Origin: Longimicrobiales bacterium
GTDB taxonomy: Bacteria > Gemmatimonadota > Gemmatimonadetes > Longimicrobiales > Gaopeijiaceae
NCBI GenBank assembly: GCA_963664435.2
Contig: CAXXKM010000001.1
Span: forward strand, 1,376,001 to 1,440,000
DNA length: 64,000 nt
Direction: 5' to 3'
The first letter of the stretch is position 1. Each line of letters opens with the position of its first letter. Under the pieces are notes generated by a model. It was not told where the DNA came from. It did no database searches and saw only the letters and a list, made by a program, of their open reading frames with translations. Shown in pieces: positions 55,670-64,000 of this stretch. Made by a program: the position numbers and the translations under genes.

Positions 55670-56365
55670 ATGAACGGCGACCGCATCAGACCGCGCGACA
55701 TTCGGAATGTCCCCGCCTACACCTTCCTCGAGGGCGCGCGCTACCTCGGCATCCCACCCGCGACCCTCAGGTATTGGGTGCTTGGCCCCAGCCCCGGCCG
55801 CGGCAACGAATCGGCGGTTTCCCAGCCGCTTATCCACGCGCCCGCCGGAGCCAGGAATCGGCTGTCCTTCAACAACCTCGTGGAGGCGCACGTCCTTCGC
55901 GCACTCCGCACCGTTCATCGGGTCAAGATGACGGCGGTGCGTGATGCCCTGTCATTCGCCGAGGCAGAACTCGGAATCGATCGTCTCCTGCTCAGAGACG
56001 AACTGCGTACGTCCGGCCAGGAAATCCTGCTTGAGCGTCTTGGCCAGTTGATCTCGCTGTCGAAATCAGGTCAACTGGCGCTACGCCGGATTCTCGCAGA
56101 ATACCTGAAGCGGGTTGAGCGAGATGAAAGCGCGCTCCCGTTCAGGCTCTATCCGCTGCCGCCTGGTTGGTCCAAGGAACGGAAGACCATAGTCATCGAT
56201 CCACGGATCTCATTTGGTCGCCCAACTATCGCGGGATCCGGCATCTCAACCGAGGCGCTGATCTCCCGGATTGACGCTGGAGAGACGGTCGACGCGCTTG
56301 CCGAGGATTATGGCCTCCGAACCACCCAGATTCACGATGCCGTGCTCTACGAAAAAGCGGCTTGA
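55670..56365 (+). CDS. HTH + DUF433 antitoxin (VapB45-like)
   Basis: PAYTFLEGARYLGIPPATLRYW, LSFNNLVEAHVL, IVIDPRISFGRPTI, GETVDALAEDYGL. Confidence 0.9.
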   Translation: MNGDRIRPRDIRNVPAYTFLEGARYLGIPPATLRYWVLGPSPGRGNESAVSQPLIHAPAGARNRLSFNNLVEAHVLRALRTVHRVKMTAVRDALSFAEAELGIDRLLLRDELRTSGQEILLERLGQLISLSKSGQLALRRILAEYLKRVERDESALPFRLYPLPPGWSKERKTIVIDPRISFGRPTIAGSGISTEALISRIDAGETVDALAEDYGLRTTQIHDAVLYEKAA

Positions 56366-56802
56366 CCAGGGTCTTCTTCGTTGATCGGGATCTAGGGCGC
56401 CGAATTCTGCCGGACGCACTTGAGCGCGCAGGTCTTGCCGTCGAACGGCACGACCTTCATTTCGCGCCCGACACTCCAGATGAAGTGTGGATTCCTCGTG
56501 TGGCGCAACAGGGCTGGGTGATCGTTTCTGGCGACAAGAGGATCCTTCGACGTCCACGAGAGGTCCGGGCGCTGGTGAAATCCCAGGCCCGGATGCTCAT
56601 TCTGGTCGGTAACCACGCTCCCGCAGGCGAACTCGCGGCCAACCTCATCAACACGATGCCGAAGATCGAGAAGCTGCTGGACGAACTGCAGGCTCCTGCC
56701 GTTGTCAGAGTCTATCGGCCCACGCCGCGGGAGCTGGTCTTCGAAGGCAAGCCCGGCAGAGTTCAACCCAAGACGCTCGGCGAACCGGAGCGATTCAGTT
56801 GA
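56362..56802 (+). CDS. VapC45-like PIN toxin
   Basis: FFVDRDLG, PDEVWIPRVAQQGWVIVSGDKRI; TTGA overlap with antitoxin. Confidence 0.88.
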   Translation: MTRVFFVDRDLGRRILPDALERAGLAVERHDLHFAPDTPDEVWIPRVAQQGWVIVSGDKRILRRPREVRALVKSQARMLILVGNHAPAGELAANLINTMPKIEKLLDELQAPAVVRVYRPTPRELVFEGKPGRVQPKTLGEPERFS

Positions 56803-56812
56803 CCCGGCCCAC

Positions 56813-57220
56813 CTAACTGATCTGGTAGTCCAGCGCCAGCGTGTGCTTACCGTCCTCATCCACGTGGATCTCCACGGTGCCCGACAGGCCCGCCAACCCG
56901 CCCGTCCCGGACCCCGGCACTACATGGCCGGCGGTGCTCGGCGGGGCTCCGGCCTCGGCGATCCCCCAGTGATGGAGCACGAACGTGCCCTCCCGCCCAC
57001 CGAGCGTGCCCCTGACCTGTTCCGACGCGATGTATCCCGCGTTCTCCAGCGGGCCCTCGGCGCTGGCACGGCACATCAGCAGCCGCACGCGGCCTTCTCC
57101 ATCCAGATCGCCCTGGTAGCGCTTGACGACGCGCGCTTCCGAGAGGAACGGGCCTTTGCCTTCCTCACCGTCGGGCACGGCATCCCAGCCGGTGATTTCG
57201 AAACCGGAGACGGTCTTCAT
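56813..57220 (-). CDS. DUF3224 family protein
   Basis: FEITGWD, KRYQGDLDG, GTLGGREGTFVLHH, VVPGSGTGGLAGLSG. Confidence 0.88.
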   Translation of the reverse strand: MKTVSGFEITGWDAVPDGEEGKGPFLSEARVVKRYQGDLDGEGRVRLLMCRASAEGPLENAGYIASEQVRGTLGGREGTFVLHHWGIAEAGAPPSTAGHVVPGSGTGGLAGLSGTVEIHVDEDGKHTLALDYQIS

Positions 57221-57325
57221 GTTTAGCAGTCCTTGGGAAGGGGCTTTGAGCTCGCTCCATGGCCTGCTCCCAATTGCCAGGCCGGAACGTGACCTCCGTC
57301 GCTCACCTCAAGATAACGTAGCCCG

Positions 57326-58078
57326 ATGATCACCTGGTCAGCGCGTCGCCCGACCCTCCAGCTTGTCGCTACGGCGTTCATCGGAGTTGTATTCGCTGTG
57401 CTCTCCGCCGGTTGCAGAAGCCTTCCGAGCGATACCGGCGAGGCCATGACCCTCCACTTCGATTTCGATGAGGGCCCTCACGGGTTCGTCGCGGGCTTCG
57501 CCGATTATCCTCCCGCCCATGAGGAGATCTACGAATTGACCGCCGGGCACCGTGCCCTGCCGGCGCCTCTGGAGTCGCAGTCCGGGCTGTTCATTTCCGG
57601 GGTCAACAGGAGCGACGATCTGTTCATGTTCTTCAAGGGATCCATCGATGGCCTGACTCCCGGGGCGAGCTATGGCGTCGAGGTCAGCGTTGAGATCGCG
57701 ACCAGCACGCCGGCCGGTTGCTTCGGCGTGGGAGGTGCGCCGGGCGAGAGCGTCTGGATCAAGGCCGGCGTGACCGCCGAAGAACCGGTCGCCGTCATGG
57801 AAGATTCCTACCTGCGCATGAACATCGACATCGGAAGCCAATCCAGCAGCGGCACGCAGGCGGTGGTGCTCGGCAACGTGGCCAACTCGCGGCCCTGCGA
57901 GCAGTCCCGTGAATGGGAGCTCAAGGGCCTGGAAAGTGAATCGACACTGGCAGGCATCTCGGTACCGGCCGATGGTCGGGTGTGGCTCCTGATCGGCGCC
58001 GATTCGGGATTCGAGAGCCGGACGGAGGTGTATTTCACGCGGGCGTCCGTCACGCTGACGCCGAGTCCGGGGGGGTGA
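57326..58078 (+). CDS. Conserved hypothetical lipoprotein
   Basis: LSAGC lipobox; GFADYP, SGVNRSDDLFMFFK, GVGGAPGESVWIKAG, IGADSGFE. Confidence 0.8.
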   Translation: MITWSARRPTLQLVATAFIGVVFAVLSAGCRSLPSDTGEAMTLHFDFDEGPHGFVAGFADYPPAHEEIYELTAGHRALPAPLESQSGLFISGVNRSDDLFMFFKGSIDGLTPGASYGVEVSVEIATSTPAGCFGVGGAPGESVWIKAGVTAEEPVAVMEDSYLRMNIDIGSQSSSGTQAVVLGNVANSRPCEQSREWELKGLESESTLAGISVPADGRVWLLIGADSGFESRTEVYFTRASVTLTPSPGG

Positions 58079-58093
58079 GGGCGCTGCCGCCCG

Positions 58094-58638
58094 ATGGAAG
58101 GAATGGCTGAGGGACCTTCGGGAAAGATGGTCGTGGTCGTCGGCGACATCACGAAGCCCGCGGTTGACGCGATCGTCAATGCGGCGAACCGGTCGCTACT
58201 GGGGTTGGCGGGGTGGACGGCGCCATCCACAGGGCGGCCGGGCTGGACCTGCTCAAGGAATGCGGTGCCTTGGGAGGATGCGACACGGGCGACGCGAAGA
58301 TCACGGGTGGGTACCGCTTGCCGGCGGCTCACGTCATCCACACCGTCGGACCGGTTGGGTCTGGTGGGGACGCGGACGAGGATCACCTCCTGGCTCGGTG
58401 CTATCGTCGGTCTCTGGAGGTTGCTGTAGAGAACGGTGTGCGGAAGATGGCCCTTCCGGCGATCTTGACCGGAGTCTACGGATTTCCGGTTGAGGGGCTG
58501 CGTCTGCGCGTGGCGCGCGGAGGCGGGAAGTGCGGAGCGCGCAGCGTCCGCGAGGGACGGGTGCCCCCTGCGCCTCCTATCGTTTCGGGCGCGGCGGGAG
58601 CGACTGCGAGAGTGTCGCGAGGAGGACGAGCGGCTTGA
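58094..58638 (+). pseudogene. Macro-domain (O-acetyl-ADP-ribose deacetylase/YmdB-like) gene, frameshifted and degraded
   Basis: [19 protein letters not shown] then shift at 58205 into [12 protein letters not shown]...HVIHTVGP...TGVYGFP; 3' end unrecognisable. Confidence 0.88.
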
Positions 58639-58869
58639 GTGCGGAATGCACCACGGCGGCCATCCTAGGATTCCGCGGAGTATCAAATCGACGCGCTCAA
58701 GCTACCCGGAGCCTGAAGTGCACGACAAGCGGTTCGCGGGCATATGGCGAGTCCCACAGTTCACACGCGTCGTTGACGTTGCTTGCGAGACAACGGCCCC
58801 GTTAGGGTACAATGATTCCCCCACCGACGGAGGAGGATTCTCAAGACGGGTGAACGACCGAGATACGCC

Positions 58870-59082
58870 ATGACTTCCGGCGACATCCGTGACGCGCCGG
58901 CCTACACTTTCCCGGCGGCAGCCCGACACTTGGGGATTCCAACGGCCACCCTCCGCTCTTGGGTGCTGGGCAGGACCTTCCGGCGGGGCGGAGAAGTGGT
59001 GGTGACCGAACCTCTGATCCGAGCCCCGGCAGGAAAGAGCAACCTCATCTCCTTCAACAACCTCCTTCCCGGTGCCCGATAG
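58870..59082 (+). pseudogene. Truncated paralogue of the VapB45-like antitoxin (N-terminal HTH only)
   Basis: DIRDAPAYTFPAAARHLGIPTATLRSWVLG...PLIRAPAG..ISFNNL aligns with the 55670 gene, then stops. Confidence 0.85.
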
Positions 59083-59698
59083 CGTCTTGCCGCAGCACCG
59101 GACGAAATACGAGTGGTACGCGCGGCAGTCCTTCCACTACGGCACCCAGGCGGCATTGGCCGACAACCCGCGGGTGAAGGCCTACTATGGGAAGGTTAAG
59201 AACCGCTACGACGAGTGCCTGTTCTTTCTCCGGCGGCGCACAGACTGTACCGTCAGCCGGGAGGATTGACCGCCTTGGGCATGATAGTGAACCCCTGCTC
59301 GCATGGACCTTCATCACCGGCGCGAACGGGACGAGGTTCCCGAGGAGGCTCCTCGTTCTCCTCCGCGCCGACCCCGGCACGGAAACCCAGGGGTCCAAGG
59401 GGGACGGGGTCTCCCCTTGCCAGACCGCGACGTTCAACGTCGCGTCGGGTGGCTGAAGTTGCCTTACGAGCACGCGAGCCTGCGCTTGGCTCGGGGTTCT
59501 GAGACAGTGAGCAGGATCTGGATCTCTTCGCTACTCCGGTCAGGTTTGCTTATCTTGGAGCCGTCACCGAGGTCCGCTACGGTTTCCTCAGAGAAAATCC
59601 TTGGGAAACGGCGGCTGGCCGCACATCCTTCGCCAACTTCCGGACGGATTGAATGCGAGACGAGTCTCCTTGCAGCCTTGGGAATGGCCGGTGACCGG

Positions 59699-60589
59699 AT
59701 GAGTTCTCCGTCTACCGGTGGCCGTGTCATTCTGTCGGACAACCTCCCGGTTCTTCAGGCCATGAATGCCGAGAGCGTGGGGCTGATCTACGTCGATCCC
59801 CCGTTCAATACCGGCAAGATCCAGAGTCGTACCCGAATCCGAGTCGAGCGCGACAAGGACGGCGACCGCACGGGCTTCCAGGGAACTCGCTACCGAACCG
59901 AAGTCGTCGGGCGGAGCGGCTACGATGACCGCCATGATGACTACATAGGCTTCCTAGAGCCCCGCCTCCGGGAGGCCTACCGAATTCTGGAGCCGACCGG
60001 TTCCTTCTTCCTCCACATCGACTACCGTGAGGCCCACTACTGCAAGGTTCTTCTCGACCAGATCTTCGACCGAGCGTCGTTCATGAACGAGATCATCTGG
60101 GCCTACGACTACGGTGCCCGCTCGAAGCGGAAGTGGTCGGCCAAGCACGACACGATCTTCTGGTACGCGAGGGACCCCACCGCGTACACCTTCAACTTCG
60201 ACGAGATGGATCGGATTCCCTACATGGCTCCGGGTTTGGTCGGAAAGGAGAAGGCCGCCCGGGGCAAGACTCCCACCGATGTGTGGTGGCACACCATCGT
60301 GAGCCCAACCGGGCGAGAGAAGACTGGATACCCCACCCAAAAACCCCTGGGAATCTTGGAGCGCATCGTCAAAGTCCACTCCAATCCTGGTGACACCGTA
60401 TTGGACTTCTTCGCGGGGAGCGGAACGGCGGGCGAAGCGGCAGCGCGCCACGGCCGGGACTACATACTGGTCGACTCGAATCCCGAGGCGGTGCGCGTCA
60501 TGGCCGAACGCTTGGCAGATTATGAGCCGGAGACCATCGGGTTTGACTGGAAACGCCCCGAACCGGCTCAACAGAGTCTGTTTGTCTGA
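59699..60589 (+). CDS. Beta-class N4-C/N6-A DNA methyltransferase
   Basis: LIYVDPPFNTG before GYPTQKP and VLDFFAGSGT; start 59684 or 59699. Confidence 0.93.
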   Translation: MSSPSTGGRVILSDNLPVLQAMNAESVGLIYVDPPFNTGKIQSRTRIRVERDKDGDRTGFQGTRYRTEVVGRSGYDDRHDDYIGFLEPRLREAYRILEPTGSFFLHIDYREAHYCKVLLDQIFDRASFMNEIIWAYDYGARSKRKWSAKHDTIFWYARDPTAYTFNFDEMDRIPYMAPGLVGKEKAARGKTPTDVWWHTIVSPTGREKTGYPTQKPLGILERIVKVHSNPGDTVLDFFAGSGTAGEAAARHGRDYILVDSNPEAVRVMAERLADYEPETIGFDWKRPEPAQQSLFV

Positions 60590-60614
60590 TGGTCTGTGAC
60601 CGCGAAGAGTCCGG

Positions 60615-61172
60615 GTGATGATCACGGATCGTGAAGTGCAGTTGCTGGCCGCGTTGGCGGAGGGCTTGAGGACCGAATACCAGACCGAAGAGGATTTGAG
60701 CTGGTCGCAGAGCCCCTTCGGGTGGATCAAGTGGCAGGCCTCGCGGCGTAAAGGCGCGATCGGCGAGAAGCTGATCGCCGGATGGTGCGCGGCACGAGAC
60801 ATCAATGTGCTGCGATCCCCCGACGTGGAGGCAGATCGGATCTTGGAAGGGTTCCGAACCGAGATCAAGTTCTCAACCCTCTGGGCAAATCAGTCCTACA
60901 AGTTCCAGCAGATCCGAGATCAGGACTACGAACTCTTGATTTGCTTGGGTGTTTCCCCCTTTACGGCTCACGCCTGGGTCTTCGAGAAGGAGTTCCTGGT
61001 CTCGAATACCGGCCTGGTCCCTGGACTGTCCCATCAACACGGTGGCGCAGAGGGCCGCGACACGGCCTGGCTCAGCGTATCGCCAGCCGCTGTGCATCCC
61101 TGGCTGGATGCGTACGGCGGGGACCTGAGAACAGCGATGCAGCGACTACGGACGCTGGTCGGTTTACCGTAG
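60615..61172 (+). CDS. Putative type II restriction endonuclease (PD-(D/E)xK)
   Basis: KGAIGEKL, EADRILEGFRTEIKFS, FQQIRDQDY; 25 bp after the MTase. Confidence 0.75.
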   Translation: MMITDREVQLLAALAEGLRTEYQTEEDLSWSQSPFGWIKWQASRRKGAIGEKLIAGWCAARDINVLRSPDVEADRILEGFRTEIKFSTLWANQSYKFQQIRDQDYELLICLGVSPFTAHAWVFEKEFLVSNTGLVPGLSHQHGGAEGRDTAWLSVSPAAVHPWLDAYGGDLRTAMQRLRTLVGLP

Positions 61173-61740
61173 GGTCTCGCGTGTCAACTGGGCTATACCG
61201 ACGAGTGATTGCGCCCGTGGCGAGGTTCTTTCAGTCGGCGGCCCCTCACGGTCCATCCGGCGGCACTCACGAAAGTCTCAAGTACCTCTACGTGATACCG
61301 CTCGACGAGGCAGTGTTGCGAGATCGGGAAGTTCAGGGAGAGGAACCCCGACTATCGGCGCGGAGGGTTTAGCCTCTTCAGGAAGCCATGCGTGTACGTT
61401 GGCCAGACTTGGCACGACCCTTGAAGTTCGCTTCCAGCAACACAAGGACGAGCACTTGAATCCGGTTCCCGCAGCAGAAGCGGAGGACTGGGAGGAGGAC
61501 TTTGCCGTCGATCTACGAAGGAGAGGCTACGGAGTGTGGTGGAACTGATAGCTCGGGCTCTCCAGTAGGCCACGAGCGTCCGGTTTACCGGTCGACGCCT
61601 AATCTGTGTTCCGTTTTCCCCGAGGGCCGCGCGCAGCGCGGTCCTGCCTTTGCCCCGAGCCACCGGCAGCGCCACGATCTGGGCCTCCGGAACCCCCTTG
61701 CCGCCTCATGGATCCCATTGGGGGCTAGATTAGCTGAATG

Positions 61741-62520
61741 TCAATTGAGCATTTCAGTTCGCACCGCGCCCAAACAGCGGCTCCACCAAGGGTCTGGCCA
61801 CTCCGGCGGCTGAACGTCTGGAAGCCCCCGGTCGATGTAGTACACGTACACGGTCTTCAACCGATCGAGACTGGTGATTCTCCGACACTCGGACCGGATA
61901 CCCAGCGTGTCACCTTCCATGGAGTAGTGGCTCCAAAGGGGGGTGTTCTGCAACATGTCCGACACCAACACGACGGAATCGAGGTCGTCATTTCGCTGAA
62001 TCAGACTCGCTAACGTTTCCACGATCGGGGATTGAGCGGCCTCTTCACGACTCACGAGTTCTCCGAACATTTCTTGCAGGGTTGCCAGAAACCGGCGGAA
62101 CTGAGCCTCGACATAGACCCGGTTCTCGTAGATCATGTTGGCGTCGGCACCTTCCTTCGGGATGCACCATGAACCGTAACTGCGCGCGACCCGGTCGTTC
62201 ACGGACTCCGGCAGCCCGTGGATGGACAGCCGCTGAAGCCACGGTGCCGAGTCCCTCGCCCAGCCATTGATCTTCTGAAACGCCAGTTCCGCATCCTCTG
62301 TCGGAATCTCGTTCGAGGTGTCAATCAGGATTGCCGTGTGCCCGGGTACCTCGATTCCCTCTCGCACCTGAGGATAGGTGCCTGTCGGACAGTAATCAGG
62401 AGGACGTACGATCAGTCCGTCGGCATACCATGCTCCGTACGCGATCACGCCGAGCACTCCGAACGACGCCAAGATGCCTAGGACCGCGAGCACGACCATC
62501 CAGGGTTTCAGTATGGACAT
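61741..62520 (-). CDS. Membrane-anchored hypothetical protein with vWA-like motifs
   Basis: One N-terminal TM; TAILIDTS, SPIVETL, VVLVSDMLQN; four Cys. Confidence 0.75.
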   Translation of the reverse strand: MSILKPWMVVLAVLGILASFGVLGVIAYGAWYADGLIVRPPDYCPTGTYPQVREGIEVPGHTAILIDTSNEIPTEDAELAFQKINGWARDSAPWLQRLSIHGLPESVNDRVARSYGSWCIPKEGADANMIYENRVYVEAQFRRFLATLQEMFGELVSREEAAQSPIVETLASLIQRNDDLDSVVLVSDMLQNTPLWSHYSMEGDTLGIRSECRRITSLDRLKTVYVYYIDRGLPDVQPPEWPDPWWSRCLGAVRTEMLN

Positions 62521-62525
62521 CGTGA

Positions 62526-64000
62526 TCAACGCCGTGGCGTTGTGGGCGGCACCGCCTCGTGGTTGGATACAAGCTGCTCCGGCTCGCCGAGGACGAGTGG
62601 CTTGTAGTTGTTCCAGATAGCGGTGATCTTCTCGTTCGCCGCCGCAATTCGCTCATCGAACGTTGCCTGTCCAGACTTCCTCCACTCGGCGATCAATTCG
62701 CCCGCCTCATCCATCACCTGCGGGTCTGACGCTGTTACGGCGAGTGGCTCGGGGTACTTCTCGAGACGATGGGCCTCCACGCTCTGGAGGTCGATCTTGT
62801 CGGGATAGTTGCTGTTGTGGGCCACGATGAACGCGTACTCGACGGCGTCAGTGCATGCCTGTCTATTCTGCTCCTCTTTCAGCATCTCAAGCAGGGTTGT
62901 CACGTTGCGATGCTCTTGGTCAAGTGCTCTGTACCAATTGGCCACCTCGCCTCGCAAGTCACTCGTCAGTTTGCCGTGGTAGCGCTGCGGCAGCGAGGCG
63001 AACACGTTGAACAGTTGGCGGTGATGGGGAGACGCGGCTTCGGACACCCCATCAAGATTTACGGACTCGCTCTGGCCATCGTCTTCGCTTCCCTTGTTGA
63101 TCCCCTGGCCATCAGCTTTCGAGTCGTTCCCCTGCCCTCGTATGAAGATGAACCCCTTTGCAAACCCCAGGGCACAGAGCAGCATACCCAGCAGTGCAAA
63201 TAGCAACGCCTGGAACTCCCAGATGAGGGGATTGAACGATATCTCAGGGAGTAGGTCCCGAGCAGCCGGAACCGGGGCCGTCGGTGTTTGCCTGATCTGC
63301 TCGACTACTCGCGCATACGCTTCTCTGTGGCGGCCCGCGACGAGGTTGAACGCGAATGCGGATACCATCCAAGATCCCCAGGCAGTCCGGTACAACCAGC
63401 GTCCCGTGTCGCCGAATCGACGATGCAGCCAGGACAGGAACAGCCCCGCGCTGATCCCGAATCCCCCGACGTTGACGACCGAAACGAGGACTGCCAGGAG
63501 GAAGGCTGCCAACGCCCCACCTGGCAGCGCATCCATGAGTAGCCCGATGTTCGCCGCAGCCTCAATCATGACGAAGACAGCGAAGACTGCAATTAGCCCG
63601 AGCCAGCGCGTCCAGTGCACTTTCGAGCCATCGTCGCCCGGATTCGTGTGTGCCGAAGCGGGCTCGTGTCCCGGTTCCGGGTCTCTAGGAGAAGATCCGT
63701 CAGTCGCGCCTACCAAGGCTAAGCTACCCAGCGGTTGTCCCCATTTCCGACACAGCTCTAACTGCTTCAACTCCTCTTCCGCCCTACGGACCATCTCGTT
63801 CGGACCCTGAGACTGGCTAGAGCCGCCCGGTCCAAGTGGATCGCTCAGCTTGGCCCGGAGGTTGCCCAGGCTAAGGTCAACGTATTCTTGGAGATCCAGC
63901 CGCAAGCTGGCCAGCACGCCGTGGTGCGCCGACTTCCATTCTCCGTTGGTCTCGACGCCGGCCCTGGTACCCCGCTGGGCCAAGAGTTCGGGATCGAGCG
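62526..64000 (-). CDS. Hypothetical multi-pass membrane protein (5' end probably outside window)
   Basis: About four hydrophobic segments (IEAAANIG, SVVNVG, FNLVAGRHREA, LFALLG) flanked by helical soluble regions; frame open to the window edge. Confidence 0.75.
   Translation of the reverse strand, partial: LDPELLAQRGTRAGVETNGEWKSAHHGVLASLRLDLQEYVDLSLGNLRAKLSDPLGPGGSSQSQGPNEMVRRAEEELKQLELCRKWGQPLGSLALVGATDGSSPRDPEPGHEPASAHTNPGDDGSKVHWTRWLGLIAVFAVFVMIEAAANIGLLMDALPGGALAAFLLAVLVSVVNVGGFGISAGLFLSWLHRRFGDTGRWLYRTAWGSWMVSAFAFNLVAGRHREAYARVVEQIRQTPTAPVPAARDLLPEISFNPLIWEFQALLFALLGMLLCALGFAKGFIFIRGQGNDSKADGQGINKGSEDDGQSESVNLDGVSEAASPHHRQLFNVFASLPQRYHGKLTSDLRGEVANWYRALDQEHRNVTTLLEMLKEEQNRQACTDAVEYAFIVAHNSNYPDKIDLQSVEAHRLEKYPEPLAVTASDPQVMDEAGELIAEWRKSGQATFDERIAAANEKITAIWNNYKPLVLGEPEQLVSNHEAVPPTTPRR

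Noticed and set aside
61200..61372. Minus-strand ERYHVEVLETFVSAAGW resembling DUF4338/DruA-like motifs
   Set aside because: Too short, wrongly spaced and with an in-frame stop upstream; needs BLASTX support

Overview
GC-rich bacterial chromosomal window. The gene mix (PD40-amidohydrolases, BNR/VPS10 glycosyl hydrolase, M14 peptidase, TonB receptor with a carboxypeptidase-like N-domain) suggests Gemmatimonadota, possibly host-associated; this is inference only. Family names come from motif recognition and recall, not database searches. I found no rRNA, tRNA, CRISPR array or integrase. In order, the window holds: a C5-dicarboxylate/itaconate-type catabolic trio; mazEF; a YfcC/hydrolase/amidohydrolase operon; an ARPP-1(DUF6569) gene divergent from a MerR-like HTH gene, with a near-consensus promoter inside 10-bp-phased repeats and a 4x32-bp array at its 3' end; two convergent heavy-metal RND systems (Czc-like, and Cus with a CutF/CruR-like leader ORF) enclosing a DUF222-HNH gene and an MscS + degenerate P-loop pair; a TonB receptor; amidohydrolases; a bacterial EBP/EXPERA-like membrane protein; phd-vapC; tdk; M14; BCCT. 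The accessory right end (about 47.5-52.2 and 55.6-64 kb) is rich in defence-type genes: Fic, a DUF429-HIT fusion coupled to a frameshifted HNH nuclease, two DUF433/PIN TA pairs, a broken macrodomain gene, a type II R-M pair and an uncharacterised membrane + vWA-like module. Several toxin-antitoxin fragments and frameshifts not evident from the ORF track were found by reading the sequence. Best candidates for undescribed systems: the ARPP-1/MerR-like locus, DUF429-HIT + HNH, the terminal membrane/vWA pair and the EBP-like protein.
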